In this document: positions 13,351 through 24,489 of the stretch, piece by piece
Position numbering within the stretch: position 1 is the first letter of the stretch
Layout: every line of letters starts with the position of its first letter
NCBI GenBank assembly: GCA_024137785.1
Contig: JAHRHZ010000024.1
Coordinates: forward strand, 30,932,275-30,996,274
DNA: 64,000 nt
Origin: Ginglymostoma cirratum
Taxonomy: Eukaryota
Direction: 5' to 3'
Notes under the pieces: generated by a model
The model's input: the letters and a program-made list of their open reading frames with translations, nothing else
What the model was told of the DNA's origin: nothing
Databases searched by the model: none
Position numbers and translations under genes: made by a program

Positions 13351-13954
13351 AAAAACTAGTGACTGCATTCTGCCAGTCAGTCACTTTCTTACTGCAAAAC
13401 TACAGCTGCTCCTAGTTTCGATATCATTAAAGAAATTAAATGTAGGTAGAATAAAACTTCAAATTCAAGTACACCATGGCATGTATACTTCTAATTACTA
13501 CTCCAACATTATACCATTTGGTTCTGTTCAACTGAAGCTGGTTACCAAATACTACTTAATGTGACACCTACAAAGTGTTACCTCCTTTTAAGTTTGGTAG
13601 CCTTGCATCTCTGCTGGAAACAGCATGTCTCTGGAGCTTAGCACTACCAAGCAATCAAATAGGTAACTCAGAACTTTGAGTATTACTGAAAAAAAATTCA
13701 CAAGTCTTACATTCATTAGGGCAGGGCAATTATTGGTACTCTTGCAAAGTATCCTGCTAAATGCATATAAGCAAGCTTTGACAAAATGAATCTTTATTCA
13801 GCAATATCTACGAGTGTTCGAATTAAGGAAGTGTACATAAAGACAAAAACAGCACGACATTAAAGCATTGTCAGGTGGGATGACAGTCACAGGAATAGGC
13901 AAGGTTCAATCTAACTAGGACGTTGCAGGCTGAAGGTCTCTATCTCCGGGTTAC

Positions 13955-14289
13955 CTTGCCGCCTTGGCGTCGAAGCCATCCCGGTGCTGGCTGGGCCCCA
14001 AAGCCACCAGCTGCCGCAGGGAGAGCTGAATCAGTGCCCACAGCAGCAGCAAGTAGACGGCTACCAGGAATGAGGCCCCCGCATCCGCTACCTCTCCGAC
14101 AGTCCTCACACCATCTTCCCGGCCTTTCCCGGATCTGTGCCAGCCCCGAGCTCTGGCCCACGAAACCGGTTCCGCAGACGGGGCCTGAGTCTCGGCCGCC
14201 TTCGCCCTCGCTCCCGCCCCGCGAATCCGGACAGCACGGCTCCTGGAGTCGCTTTCCAACCCTGACCTCTCCCGGGCGACCGCCGACAT
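13955..14289 (-). CDS. ERMP1: ERMP1 exon 1, coding part (MSAVARER... TM segment ...FDAKAAR)
   Basis: GC/CpG-rich first exon; hydrophobic segment FLVAVYLLLLWALI; donor GTAACC at 13954; an in-frame TGA shortly upstream fixes the ATG at 14289. Confidence 0.9.
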
Positions 14290-14319
14290 TGGAGCTCAAC
14301 TCCTGGAATTGTCCGGCCG

Positions 14320-14580
14320 GTGACCCCACCCCTCAGGCTTGGACCGACACCCCGCCCCCCGGCTCGGACGAAGACCCTGCCCCCCAGGTTTGGACTGACA
14401 CCCCGCCCCCGGCTCCGAATAACACCGCCTCCCGGCGCGGACTGACACCCTGCCCGTTGGCGCCGTGTGACCCCGCCCCTGGATCCGTATAACCCCGCCT
14501 ATCAGGCTCGGACTGACACCCCGCCCCCTGACCGGGAATGACCCCGCCACCCAACTCGGACTGACACACCGCACCCTATA
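14320..14580. repeat. GC-rich degenerate minisatellite (core GGACTGACACCCCGCCCC)
   Basis: Core copies near 14341, 14392, 14440, 14510 and 14558, with variant units between them. Confidence 0.8.
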
Positions 14581-14666
14581 ACAGAGCGCCCACCTCGGGA
14601 AGAGACCCCACCCCGTTCCCTGGGATCACGCCTCTTGCCGGAAAAGTCCCGCTCCCCGGTATGAGA

Positions 14667-14747
14667 GATGGTAGGAACTGCAGAATCTGAGATAACAAGG
14701 TGTAGAGCTTGGCCTGCTGTGTTCATCCAGCTACACACCTTGTTTTT
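14667..14747. mobile_element. 81-bp collapsed Penelope-terminus insertion with a 12-bp TSD
   Basis: CCCGGTATGAGA at 14655-14666 and 14748-14759. Confidence 0.75.
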
Positions 14748-15084
14748 CCCGGTATGAGACCCCGCCCACAGACCGAGGAAGGGGGGGGCCCCCCGACCTG
14801 CCAGCATCCCTAATTTCGTGTGGGTGTTTATTCAGCCACATGGACCAAGGGTTCAGGCCTCACTCGAGAATCTGAAATAGTAATTTAGTCTTACATGCCA
14901 GAGGGTCGATTGCATTGCTAACAGTACTAGCACGAAAGTCTGTCTACTCTCTAAGGTATTCCAGAGCATAATTTAAGAAGGAACAAAGAAGTCCCCGTGA
15001 ACGATATTTTCTCTCTATGACCACCCATGGGTGCTGGAGTAATAGTGACTGCGTTTCTTACGTAATTCATCAGTTGTGAAGCAA

Positions 15085-16330
15085 TTTAGAGTCATACAGC
15101 ACGGAAACAGACCCTTTGGCTCAACTCATCTATGCTAACCAGGTTTCCTAAACTGAACTAGCCCCATTTGCCCACGTGGCCCCCATCCCTCTAAACCTTT
15201 CCTATCCTTGTACCTGTCCAAATGTATTTTATATTGTACTCGCCTCTACCACTTCCTCCAGCAGCTCATTCCATATACACACCACCCTGTGTGAAAAAAA
15301 TTGCCCCTCAGGTCCCTTTCGAATCTTTCCCTTCTCCTTAAAGTAATGCTGTCTAGTTTTGGACGCCCCATCCTGGGGAAAAGACCATGGCTTAGACCCT
15401 ATCTATGCCTCTCATGATTTTATAAACTTCTATAAGGTCACCAATCAGCTTCCTATGCTCAAGGGGAAAAATGTCTCAGCCTGCTGAGCCCCTCCTTATA
15501 GCTGAAACCCTTCAGTCTCAGTAAATTCCTAGTAAATCTTATTTCACCCTTTCCAGTTTAAGAACATCCTATCTATCGCAGGGCAAACCAGAATTATACA
15601 CAGTATTCCAAATGTAGCCTCATCAATATCTTGTACAGCCATAACATGACGTCCCAACTCTTGTATTCAGTGCTCTTACCGATGAATGCAAATATGCCAA
15701 ATGCCTACTTCACCACTCTATCTGTGATGCCATTTTCAAGGAACTATGTACTTGTACCCCCAGGTCTCCCTGTTCAACAACACTCACTAAGGCCCTACCA
15801 TTAACTGAGTAAGTCCTTCCCTGGTTTGTCTTACCAAAATGCAACACCCCACGTTTATCTGCATTGAATTCCATCAGTCATTCCTCAGTCCACTGACCCA
15901 GTTGATCAAGATCCCGTCACACACTCAGATAACCATCTTCACTGTCCGTTATACCACCAATTTTGGTGTCATCCCTAAAGTTACTAACCATGCCTCCGAT
16001 ATTTTCATTCAAATTGTTTATATAAATGATGAACAACCGTGGACCCAGCATTGATCCTTGTGGCGCACCAATGGTCACAGGCCTCCAGTCTGAACTCTCT
16101 ACCATTATCCTCTGTCTTCAACCATCAAGCCAACTTTGTATCAAATTGGCTAGCTCTCCCTGGATCCCATGTGATCTAACGTTCCTAACCAGTCGACCAT
16201 GCAGTACCTCATCAAAGGTCTAGCTAACGTCTGTGTAGACAACGTCTGCCGCTCTGCCTTCATCTGTCTTCTTGGTTAACTCTTCAAAAACTCAAATTTG
16301 TGAGACACAACTTCCTAAGCATAAAACCAA
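15085..16330 (-). mobile_element. CR1 LINE 3' portion (RT and tail)
   Basis: WRPVTIGAPQGSMLGPRLFIIYINNL...FRDDTKIGG corresponds to the CR1 RT PQGS and FADD motifs. Confidence 0.92.
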
Positions 16331-16789
16331 ATTTGAAACATCCTAACAGCTTGGATGCTCTTCCTACAAATTGCAGAAAAATGTATCAAATTTATCTGAA
16401 ATTAAAGTTTCCAGAGAGAAAGCATGTTCCCTAGCCTCTTGAAAACCATGCGATGTTCACATCCGTACAAATATTACCATTGTTCTTTGGCATGCATTCG
16501 AGATTTGTGTGTCGCCAGGTAGACTGTGTCTAACTAACTAGATATATCTGAGAATATTCTGGCAATTTTGATGAAGGGTTGGTTATCTTCAACCCGAAAC
16601 ATTAACTATATTTCTCTCCACAGATGCTGCCTGACCTGCTGAACATTCCCAATGTTTTCCATTTTTATTTTTGGACACTATTTGATCTACCTACTTCATC
16701 CAAGGTTGGAAACCCTTCAATTCACCCAGTTTAGTACCTACTGCACCCTGAGCTTTTGCCTCTTTAGACCTACCTGTGGTCTTCAACAT

Positions 16790-17150
16790 AAGCTGTGGCT
16801 CAGTATCAGGTGACCCTCTTCACACAAGATTCTTGGTTCAATTCCCATTGCAGCACTTCATCACTCAAATCTAGACTGCTGTGCAGTCTTGAGAAAGTGC
16901 TGCATTATGAGAGGTAAATGTAAAAGATCCTGGAGCACTGTTTTCGAAGAGGTGCAGTGGCATTATCTCTCCTGTTCTAGACAATATTTATCCCTCAATC
17001 AACATCATAAGACACATTATCCGGTCACCATCATATTGCTATTTGTGGGATGATGCTATGTACAAATTGGCAGTCATTTTTCCAACATTGCTACAGTGAC
17101 TACATTTCAGAAGTATTTAATTGGCTGTAAGATGCTTCATGATGCTATGG
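16790..17150 (+). mobile_element. Deu-domain SINE (SacSINE1/AmnSINE-like)
   Basis: tRNA-like head; GTAAAAGATCC...GCACT.TTTTCGAAGAG...AATATTTATCCCTCAATCAACATC resembles the Deu domain as I recall it; a degenerate copy lies at about 340-720 (-). Confidence 0.7.
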
Positions 17151-17164
17151 CAGGACTTCACAAG

Positions 17165-17460
17165 CTGTTGGTGATGACTGAGTGAGTGAGTGTTAAAGAA
17201 TGTAGGGATGTGAATACGAGTGGCAGACAGTGAATGAGAGTGAGAATGTGAGGAAGTGAGTATTTTGACTGTGTGAGTGAAATGAGTATGTTACAGAGTG
17301 AATGAGGGTAGAGTTCATGAGTATGATGAGTGTGTGGTAGAGTGTGAGAGTATGAGTGACAGAGAGAGAGCTCATGACCGAGAGAGTGTGAGGAAGTGAA
17401 CATGTATGGCAGAGAATGAGTGAAAGTGTGAGTGAGCATGTGAGGGAGAGAAAGGAGGTA
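17165..17460. repeat. GTGA/GA-rich low-complexity degenerate microsatellite
   Basis: Runs of gagt/gtga/gaga. Confidence 0.85.
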
Positions 17461-17519
17461 ACTAATTGACATAACAAAGGATAACAACTCAACATTTGCT
17501 CATACACTGAACCCTGAGG

Positions 17520-17910
17520 AAGAAGTAATGTTATTGAAACAAAAGATTATTAGGGGAATAAACAGGGTGGATGCTGAGAGATATTTCCCCTTGTGTGGAG
17601 TTGAAACATATGGGACAAAGTTTAAAAATTAGTATCCGTCAGTTGAGGCTGAGATAAGGAGAATTCCTTTAAATCAGAAGGCCGTCAGTTTATGGAATTC
17701 TCTTCCCAAAGAGCAGTGGAACATGGATCATCCAATATTTTGAAGACTGAGTTATATAAATTTTTGATCAACAGTATTGACAGTCAAGTGCGATGGGGGT
17801 CAGAACTAGAATGTGGTGTTGAGGCCACAACTAGATCAGCATGGCATTATCAAATAGCAAAGCATACTTGAGGGGTCAAAAGGCCTACCCTTGCTCCTAA
17901 TTCTTACGTT
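17520..17910 (+). mobile_element. CR1 3' end fragment
   Basis: Same pattern as the other CR1 3' ends. Confidence 0.7.
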
Positions 17911-18439
17911 AATCTGATTGGGATGTTGCTATGTTGATTTTCTGGCAAATACCGAGTAAAATATCATACCATTTAATCCTGTATTATATCAGGATGGGTC
18001 TCTGAAGAAAGAATGTTTTGTCATTTAACCAGTTCCTTAATTGCAATTTTGACGGAGTAAAGTCATAAGCTAGACAAGCTGAATATATTTTTTATTCCTG
18101 CAACAACTAATCTTACTTGATCAAATTTTATTTGCATTTTTAATTGTTCCAGTAACTACATAATTTTGACAGCTTTTGGTGAATATTCTTAAAAAGATTC
18201 TTGGAAGTTTTGAAAGATGGTTTCTAGGAAAGAAGGAGTTAGTTTTGCATTGTTAAGGTACTTTAGTATTTGGTAGCATTTGGACCAGACTATAAATATA
18301 TTTACCAGCAAATTTCCAGAGTTCTCAATACATTAGAAAATAAGCTGTTTTTCAGTAGAGTCATAAAACCAAGACACTTCCAATTCCCTATGCCAATTTT
18401 ACAGTTTCCATTTTTCTGGTCCTAACTGTTTTACCGTGG

Positions 18440-19100
18440 TTATCCCAGCCCTCTACATCTCCACTGTCCACCAGGATGGCTTGAGGGGTCTTGGCATCTT
18501 CTTTGAATGGAAGTCCAGCCAATCCTCATTCACTACCATGCTCTTTTGCCTGGCCAAATATCTGCTTGTATTTGTGCAAATTTGCCTTTGACTCCTCTGA
18601 CTTCTTCCAAACAAAATGTGCTGCCAGGGGCAACCATATGTGACCTGTTTGTGCAGCTTCTTCATTGGAAACATTTTGTTCTGGTCCCATTCAGGTCTTC
18701 TCTTTACTCAGCACATTGAACAATGTATTGGTGCTTTCAGCCAGAACTTGGAAATGTCATTAACACTACTTCTGATATATTCTCCTTCCTTATCTTCACA
18801 TGGTCCATCTCAAACTCTTTCCCTTCCCTGTGAACCAATATGTTTTCTAGGGCCATTGATTCCCTCATTTAACCCGGTGATGACTCTAGTACAATAGTCC
18901 TGATTTCTCTATCTCTATCACTTTTTGATAATGCCACTGACTGTCTTCCTTATTTTTCAAGTAAGATTTTCCTCTGCCATGATCGATAGGGTCATGCTTG
19001 TCCCATTTGTATCCCACACCTTGCCCTCACATCATTCTCACATTCCCAGCTGCACAACAAAGTTTCACTTGCCCTCACTGGACTTTTGTCCACCTTCCTT
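18440..19100 (+). mobile_element. Degenerate Penelope-like RT fragment
   Basis: Remnants of LYTSIPHQDGLRAL-type sequence, frameshifted. Confidence 0.6.
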
Positions 19101-19529
19101 TTTCATTCGTCACAGTAAATTACCTTCCAAAGTGCAGCCATTCTTGTTTAATGTAGACACATGTAGTGGATATTCTGCATACTGCAACAATATAGGCAAC
19201 ATTGAGAACAATGATTGGTTAATCAGTTTTAAATGTTTTAGATTGTGTGTTGAATGTTGTTCAGAAAACAAGTTGTATTGGGTGTCTCCATATATCACTG
19301 TAGTATGACTGGATAGCAGAATGAAACAATTACTATGTTACTTGTTTGTTTCAAGTTACACCTTAGGAAGTCCTGTGCCTTGAGCCAAATATGGCTGGGA
19401 TGAACAAGCAGTGGGAAATTGAATAAAACATATGGGAAAGCAAAGAGCAAGTATGAAAAAACAACAAATGTAAACCTATTAAACTTAGATTTCAATAAAG
19501 AAATGAAGCATTCTGATTAAAAAGGGGCA

Positions 19530-21310
19530 CAAAGTCTACCAATAAGAATGTTTGTTGCCACATGTCCAAAGTAGATTATCGAGCATCCAGTTCAAAAATG
19601 TAATTGAGTTGATAGGATTAACAGAATATCTTGATCATGAAATCGGCTTCAGGCATTGTGCAGTTAGTTAAACCTTGAACTCACTTCACACCTCAATTAG
19701 GAGTTTCTGTGGGAAAATTATTGTTCTAAAATAAGATTAACACAAAGTTTGTCCCGAAAAGGTTGTCACTTTACTCTATCAGTGTAAACAATTAAGGGCA
19801 AACTCTCTTTAAGTAATGTTCTGGCATCCTTTTGAAGAGATGTGTACATAGACTTTCAAAAAGAGTTTGATAAAGCACCTTTTAAGCAAAGTTAGAGCTC
19901 ATGGAATAAAAGGGAGAACATAAATATTAATTTGGATGATATACAGGGCACAGAGAATATTTGTGAAGCTTGTTTTTCAGGCTATAGAAGGGTCTAAGCT
20001 GATGCTTCCCGGGACGTTTTTAGGACCTCTGCTCTTCTTAATACTTATCAATGACCTAGACTTTAGAGTTTGGGAATCGCAATTTCCAAATGTGATGGAT
20101 TGAAAGTTGGAATTATTGTGAACTGTAAGGAAGATGGTATTAAACAGTTATTTAGTAGTACAGAACTTGAGTATTGTTGAAACAATGGATTTTGTTGACA
20201 CTTTTAGTCTTGCACTCATCAGGATTTTTCACAAGAATGCAAGTTTAAGTGGCAAACTAACATTTATACTGTTTGAGAGGAAAATGTTGATTGGTTGGCA
20301 AATAGACTCTGTTTGAAAGAGGTACTGCCATGGTGAATGCATCCAATAATGCTGATTGACAGTTAACAGGCAGGCTTTGTTAAATTTTGATCCCGGCAGG
20401 GTTGATTAGTTGATCAGGGCATTGCTCTAAGAAATGAACCAGTGAATAGTTATCATCTATTGTGCTGAACTGAAACAGGTATAATGCAAATAAATAACAT
20501 TTATGTCTGCGAAGAACAGGGTTTTGTGTATTAATATATGTCGCTCCTAGTATGTGAAAGTGCACTACACTCCAAACCCAACTGGCAATGCTAAATTGGT
20601 TGTCAATATAATTCTTCACACATGCAGGATTATCCAACAAATGTCCAATTGCAGAAGTACATCTAATGTTGGACAGTGTTGTACATTTTTCAAACGCAGG
20701 CAGGTTGTGGAGGGTCAGTACCTTGCTGCAAACACCCAAAGGATATGTTGTTTGATACAAACTGCCTGTCTTTAGGACATACAGCCTACATACCTGGAAT
20801 CACACCAGCACAGAAAATTGTATACAACCTTACTCTTTTGTGCAATAGCAGCATGTCTTTACTGGCTTGACAGTAGCTTCCTGTGAATGTTTGGACATGA
20901 CCCGTATTGCTATATTTTCTGCAGTTGAGGAGAATGAGAGGAGATCTACTTGAGGGATATAAGATGCTAAAAGGGATTGACAATTTAGATGTAGAAAGGA
21001 CATTTCCTCTTGTGGGGCGATCTTGAACAAGAGGTCATAACTGGGGTTGAATAATAGTAAATTAGAAAGAGATGAGGAGAAATAACTTATCTGGAAGGGT
21101 TGTGAATCTATGAATTTACTACCAGAGAGTATGGTGGCTGCTTGGACATTGAGGAAGAGATAAACTGATTTTTAATTAGTAATGGGTTGAAAGGCTATGA
21201 AAAGCAGGTAGGAAAATGGAGTTGAGGCAAAGATGAGATTAGTCATGATTGTATTGAATGGTGGAGCAGGCTTGAAGGGCTGTATTACGTCCTCCTGCTC
21301 CCAATTCCTG
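19530..21310 (+). mobile_element. Old CR1 split by a Penelope insertion (19530-20160 and 20900-21310)
   Basis: YIDFQKEFDK and LGPLLFLILINDL remnants; the 3' tail resumes after 20900. Confidence 0.7.
20170..20890 (-). mobile_element. Penelope-like GIY-YIG 3' fragment inserted in a CR1
   Basis: SAIGHLLDNPACVKNY...ILGATYINTQNPVL resembles the PLE endonuclease C-terminus; decayed hammerhead at 20197-20222. Confidence 0.75.
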
Positions 21311-23654
21311 TGTACTGCGGCTAGCAGCACGAAGCAACTAGTTTCACCTGCAAATTAAATTGTAAGATAACTTACCCTAGCAGAGAAATCCAAGGTAGAC
21401 TAGACACTTCATACAACCAAGAATGGATTTCAAAAAATTCAATGTCTTCCTTTTTCTCAGTGGAAACTGTTATTCTTTGAATAAATAAATAAAAGTCATG
21501 GATGATCTTTGGCAGATGTGGACTTGATGGGCTGAATGGCTTTTTCTGTTCCTTGTGCTTTTGATTTTCCAATGTTCCTACATTTTGTACTTTTGCTGTC
21601 ACGATTATTATCCAAAAGTTATCATTTGTCTGTGTCAGTGTTGGGTATGACTCTAACTCACTGGAAGAGGTGGTTTTGCAAAAGCATAACACGTGTCTTA
21701 CATAAATAGAAGGTTTTTATATAAGCTAGGCTACTTTATATTGTCAATAAAAGTATGACCATAGCTTCTGTACTGCAATAACACATTATTTTTCAGCTAT
21801 GTACGAGGCAAAGGAATCAGTACCCGTGCCTGCAAACAACATTTTCTGATCCTTTGAGATGTGATTAAATGTTCCCTGTCATCTTAACTAAATCTTAAAA
21901 AACCAAAAGCAACAATGTGGTTGATTTGAACTACCCTCTTAAATAGCTTAATAAGTCACTCAATTGGATCAAACTGCTACAAAGAAGTCTAATAATGAAA
22001 GAGATAAACCCAACATTAGCCTAGGTACTGAACAAAGTACAAAAAACAAATGCACATCATATCCAGTTAAACTTGCAAAATCCATCTCACTAACATGTGG
22101 GATTTGGGCAAATGTTAATAGTTTTATTATCTTTATGATTTGGCAAGGTAAAGATTTATCAGCTAAAATTTTAACTAAGGGAGATTTCAGATCATTAAAG
22201 GAACACAGTTAGCATCGCTAGCTATTGACACGGTCTTATGGTAAGAATCGATTCTGGGATACATTATAGTAATGATTATAGTATCAGATTACAATACAGT
22301 GCCAGGTAATTAAAGAATGTTAATACACTTTGTAGAACCTGATATATATCAGCGAAGTAGACCAGGAATCTCTCCTACTCCTATTGCTTGCCATTAGTGT
22401 ATGTTGGAATAATTTGCAGTTTGGCACTGTTTGGCCACATGATGGGTGCACCTTGCTTAAAGATCAAGTTCTGGATTTGGACCTGAACCTGGAGCTTCTG
22501 GCTCAGAGGTAGGGATGCTACCCACTATGCTATAGGATCTCCAATGTGTTAAGCTTACTCAGATTTAATTTCAGAGTATGGGTACTGGATCTAGGTTTCA
22601 GTTTACGTAAGCTTTAATTATCGTTTTGAAGCAACAACATGCATTCACAAACTCTACCTTGGACTTGACAATGAGGATCAGGCAGTAGAAACAGGTTAAA
22701 TTTTTTGTAAATAGAATGCGGTTACCAATCCAAGATGCCCTCTTGCAATCTAACAGTCTATCTTGCAACCTGGGCTCACACAAATACCTGCACGGATCAC
22801 ATATCAGAAGACTAAAAACACAAGCTGAACAAATCCCAGCATGAACCAGAAACATTAAGAGCTGATGTAGGCTCAGATTGGGATAAAAACCAACACATAA
22901 TCAGGAATAATGCTTGAGAACTTATGTATGAATTATATGAATCTCCTTGAATAACATTGAGAGAAACATTGTCTCTCTTTGGAGCTGGAAGCAATAATCA
23001 AATAAATCACATGCTGGAAAAAGCAACAAAGAGGTTCTGTTCAGATTCTAAACTAAATTTCAGTCTTATGCTTATTCAGTGTTATTAAAACAGACAGCAA
23101 ATTGAATTGGCAGAATCTGTTAATAGTTTTCTTCGATTCTTGTATGTTGCTGTGCTGCTTATTCATGCCTATTAGAGCTAAGACATCTCCAATGGTCAGG
23201 TCTCAGTCTCATGATAGTCATGAGAACTCTGATCAGAGAAGTCGGGGAGAAAATACGAGTAATGATGAGTAGAATCATACAGCACAGAAAAGAGTAACAC
23301 CACTGCTGCTCAGTCCACGACTGGGGAGTCCACCAGACGTCAGCACCAGCTTCAAACGCGGGTAAAGTTGCTCGTACTTATTATTGGTGCAACTAAATTA
23401 GCTTGTGGTTTGCTTTAGCTTTAATTCAGTTGAATAACATTTAAGTATTGAGAAAATTTCCTATGTTCAATCATGTAATACTGTTATTTAATGTATTTCA
23501 TAACTTAATTAAAAACTTACTGAGTATATTGTAGTGCTCATTGTGAATCAAATGATGGAAAGATCTGACATTTTATTTTTTTTTAATCAAGGAATCTGTG
23601 CTCTTGCTTATATTCGTTCTTTCCCCTACGACTGATTCACATTAATCCTCAGAA

Positions 23655-23728
23655 ATGCCAAAAGGTGATTACATCATGCCAGGATCTTTTGGAGCTGGAA
23701 GAGGTGGACTTTACCTCAGATCAGAAGA
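23655..23728 (+). CDS. MLANA: MLANA first coding exon (MPKGDYIMPGSFGAGRGGLYLRSEE)
   Basis: MP...Y...EE N-terminus like Melan-A; donor GTAAGT, phase 2, joins the next exon in frame. Confidence 0.85.
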
Positions 23729-24489
23729 GTAAGTTCGAGTATCCGTTATCTGGAAAGGCAGGCATATTGATCACTTTTTCTACTGTAGTATTGTTCTGAG
23801 AGTTTATAGTCTCTGCCATTGGCATTATTTGATGGCACTTGTCCAATTTTGCTAAATTATGTCATGTATTAAATTCATTTGCTCCCTCAATTAAAACCTG
23901 ATTACATTCATCTGTGACTCATAGAATCAACCTGAGAAATTCTGTTGTGAAAAGCAGCAGATTTAGCACAGTTGATCTTACTATTACTCTATTGTTTAGT
24001 TGTCAATTTAAGCTCTGACCAGATTAAATTGTGTCTTCCAAGTTTCTGCTATTGCTGCATGGAAACAAACATTTTTTTCCCAAATTCTTGGAAGACACTA
24101 AATGCATTACTGCTCTATAAAGTACCTTCTTGTAACCCACTATGCAGATTTAAAATGGTAAATGTGTGATCTTGATTGAATTGTGCCCATTAACCTTGAC
24201 AGTATTATTTGAAAATGCTTATATTGGACTATAAACAATTAGTTGCAGCTCTGTAACTTGCTAGCAAATACAATTTGTACATGGAATTATCGAAGCCTCT
24301 CTACTAAAAAGGTTCATCTAAAAATGATGAAAAGCTAGATAATCTGAAGGAGAAAAGACAGAAAGATGTGTGATAGGACAAGATAAGAAGTAAGATGACA
24401 GCAGACTTTGGTGCAACACAGACAGTGGCATTGAACTTCTGGAGTTGGATGGCACATTTCTCTTCTGTAAATACAATATAATTCTCCCC

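Larger units (their letters stand above)
13930..14810. promoter_or_regulatory. CpG island / ERMP1 promoter with multiple GC boxes
   Basis: The only strongly GC- and CpG-rich stretch in an AT-rich window; overlaps exon 1; many CCCCGCCCC motifs. Confidence 0.85.

Noticed and set aside
14320-14580. Repeat-spacer-like pattern suggestive of a CRISPR array
   Set aside because: Eukaryotic context, degenerate units, the 'spacers' are themselves repeat variants, and there are no cas genes
13923-14807. Several overlapping long ORFs (189, 129, 92, 78 and 101 aa) around ERMP1 exon 1
   Set aside because: Expected from stop-poor GC-rich minisatellite DNA; only the 14289->13955 frame splices in phase into ERMP1
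17158-17507. His/Thr/Leu/Ser-rich ORFs
   Set aside because: Translation of a GTGA/GA low-complexity repeat
22978-23701. 14-bp direct match TTTGGAGCTGGAAG upstream of and within the MLANA first coding exon
   Set aside because: A single short match with no extended similarity; compatible with chance
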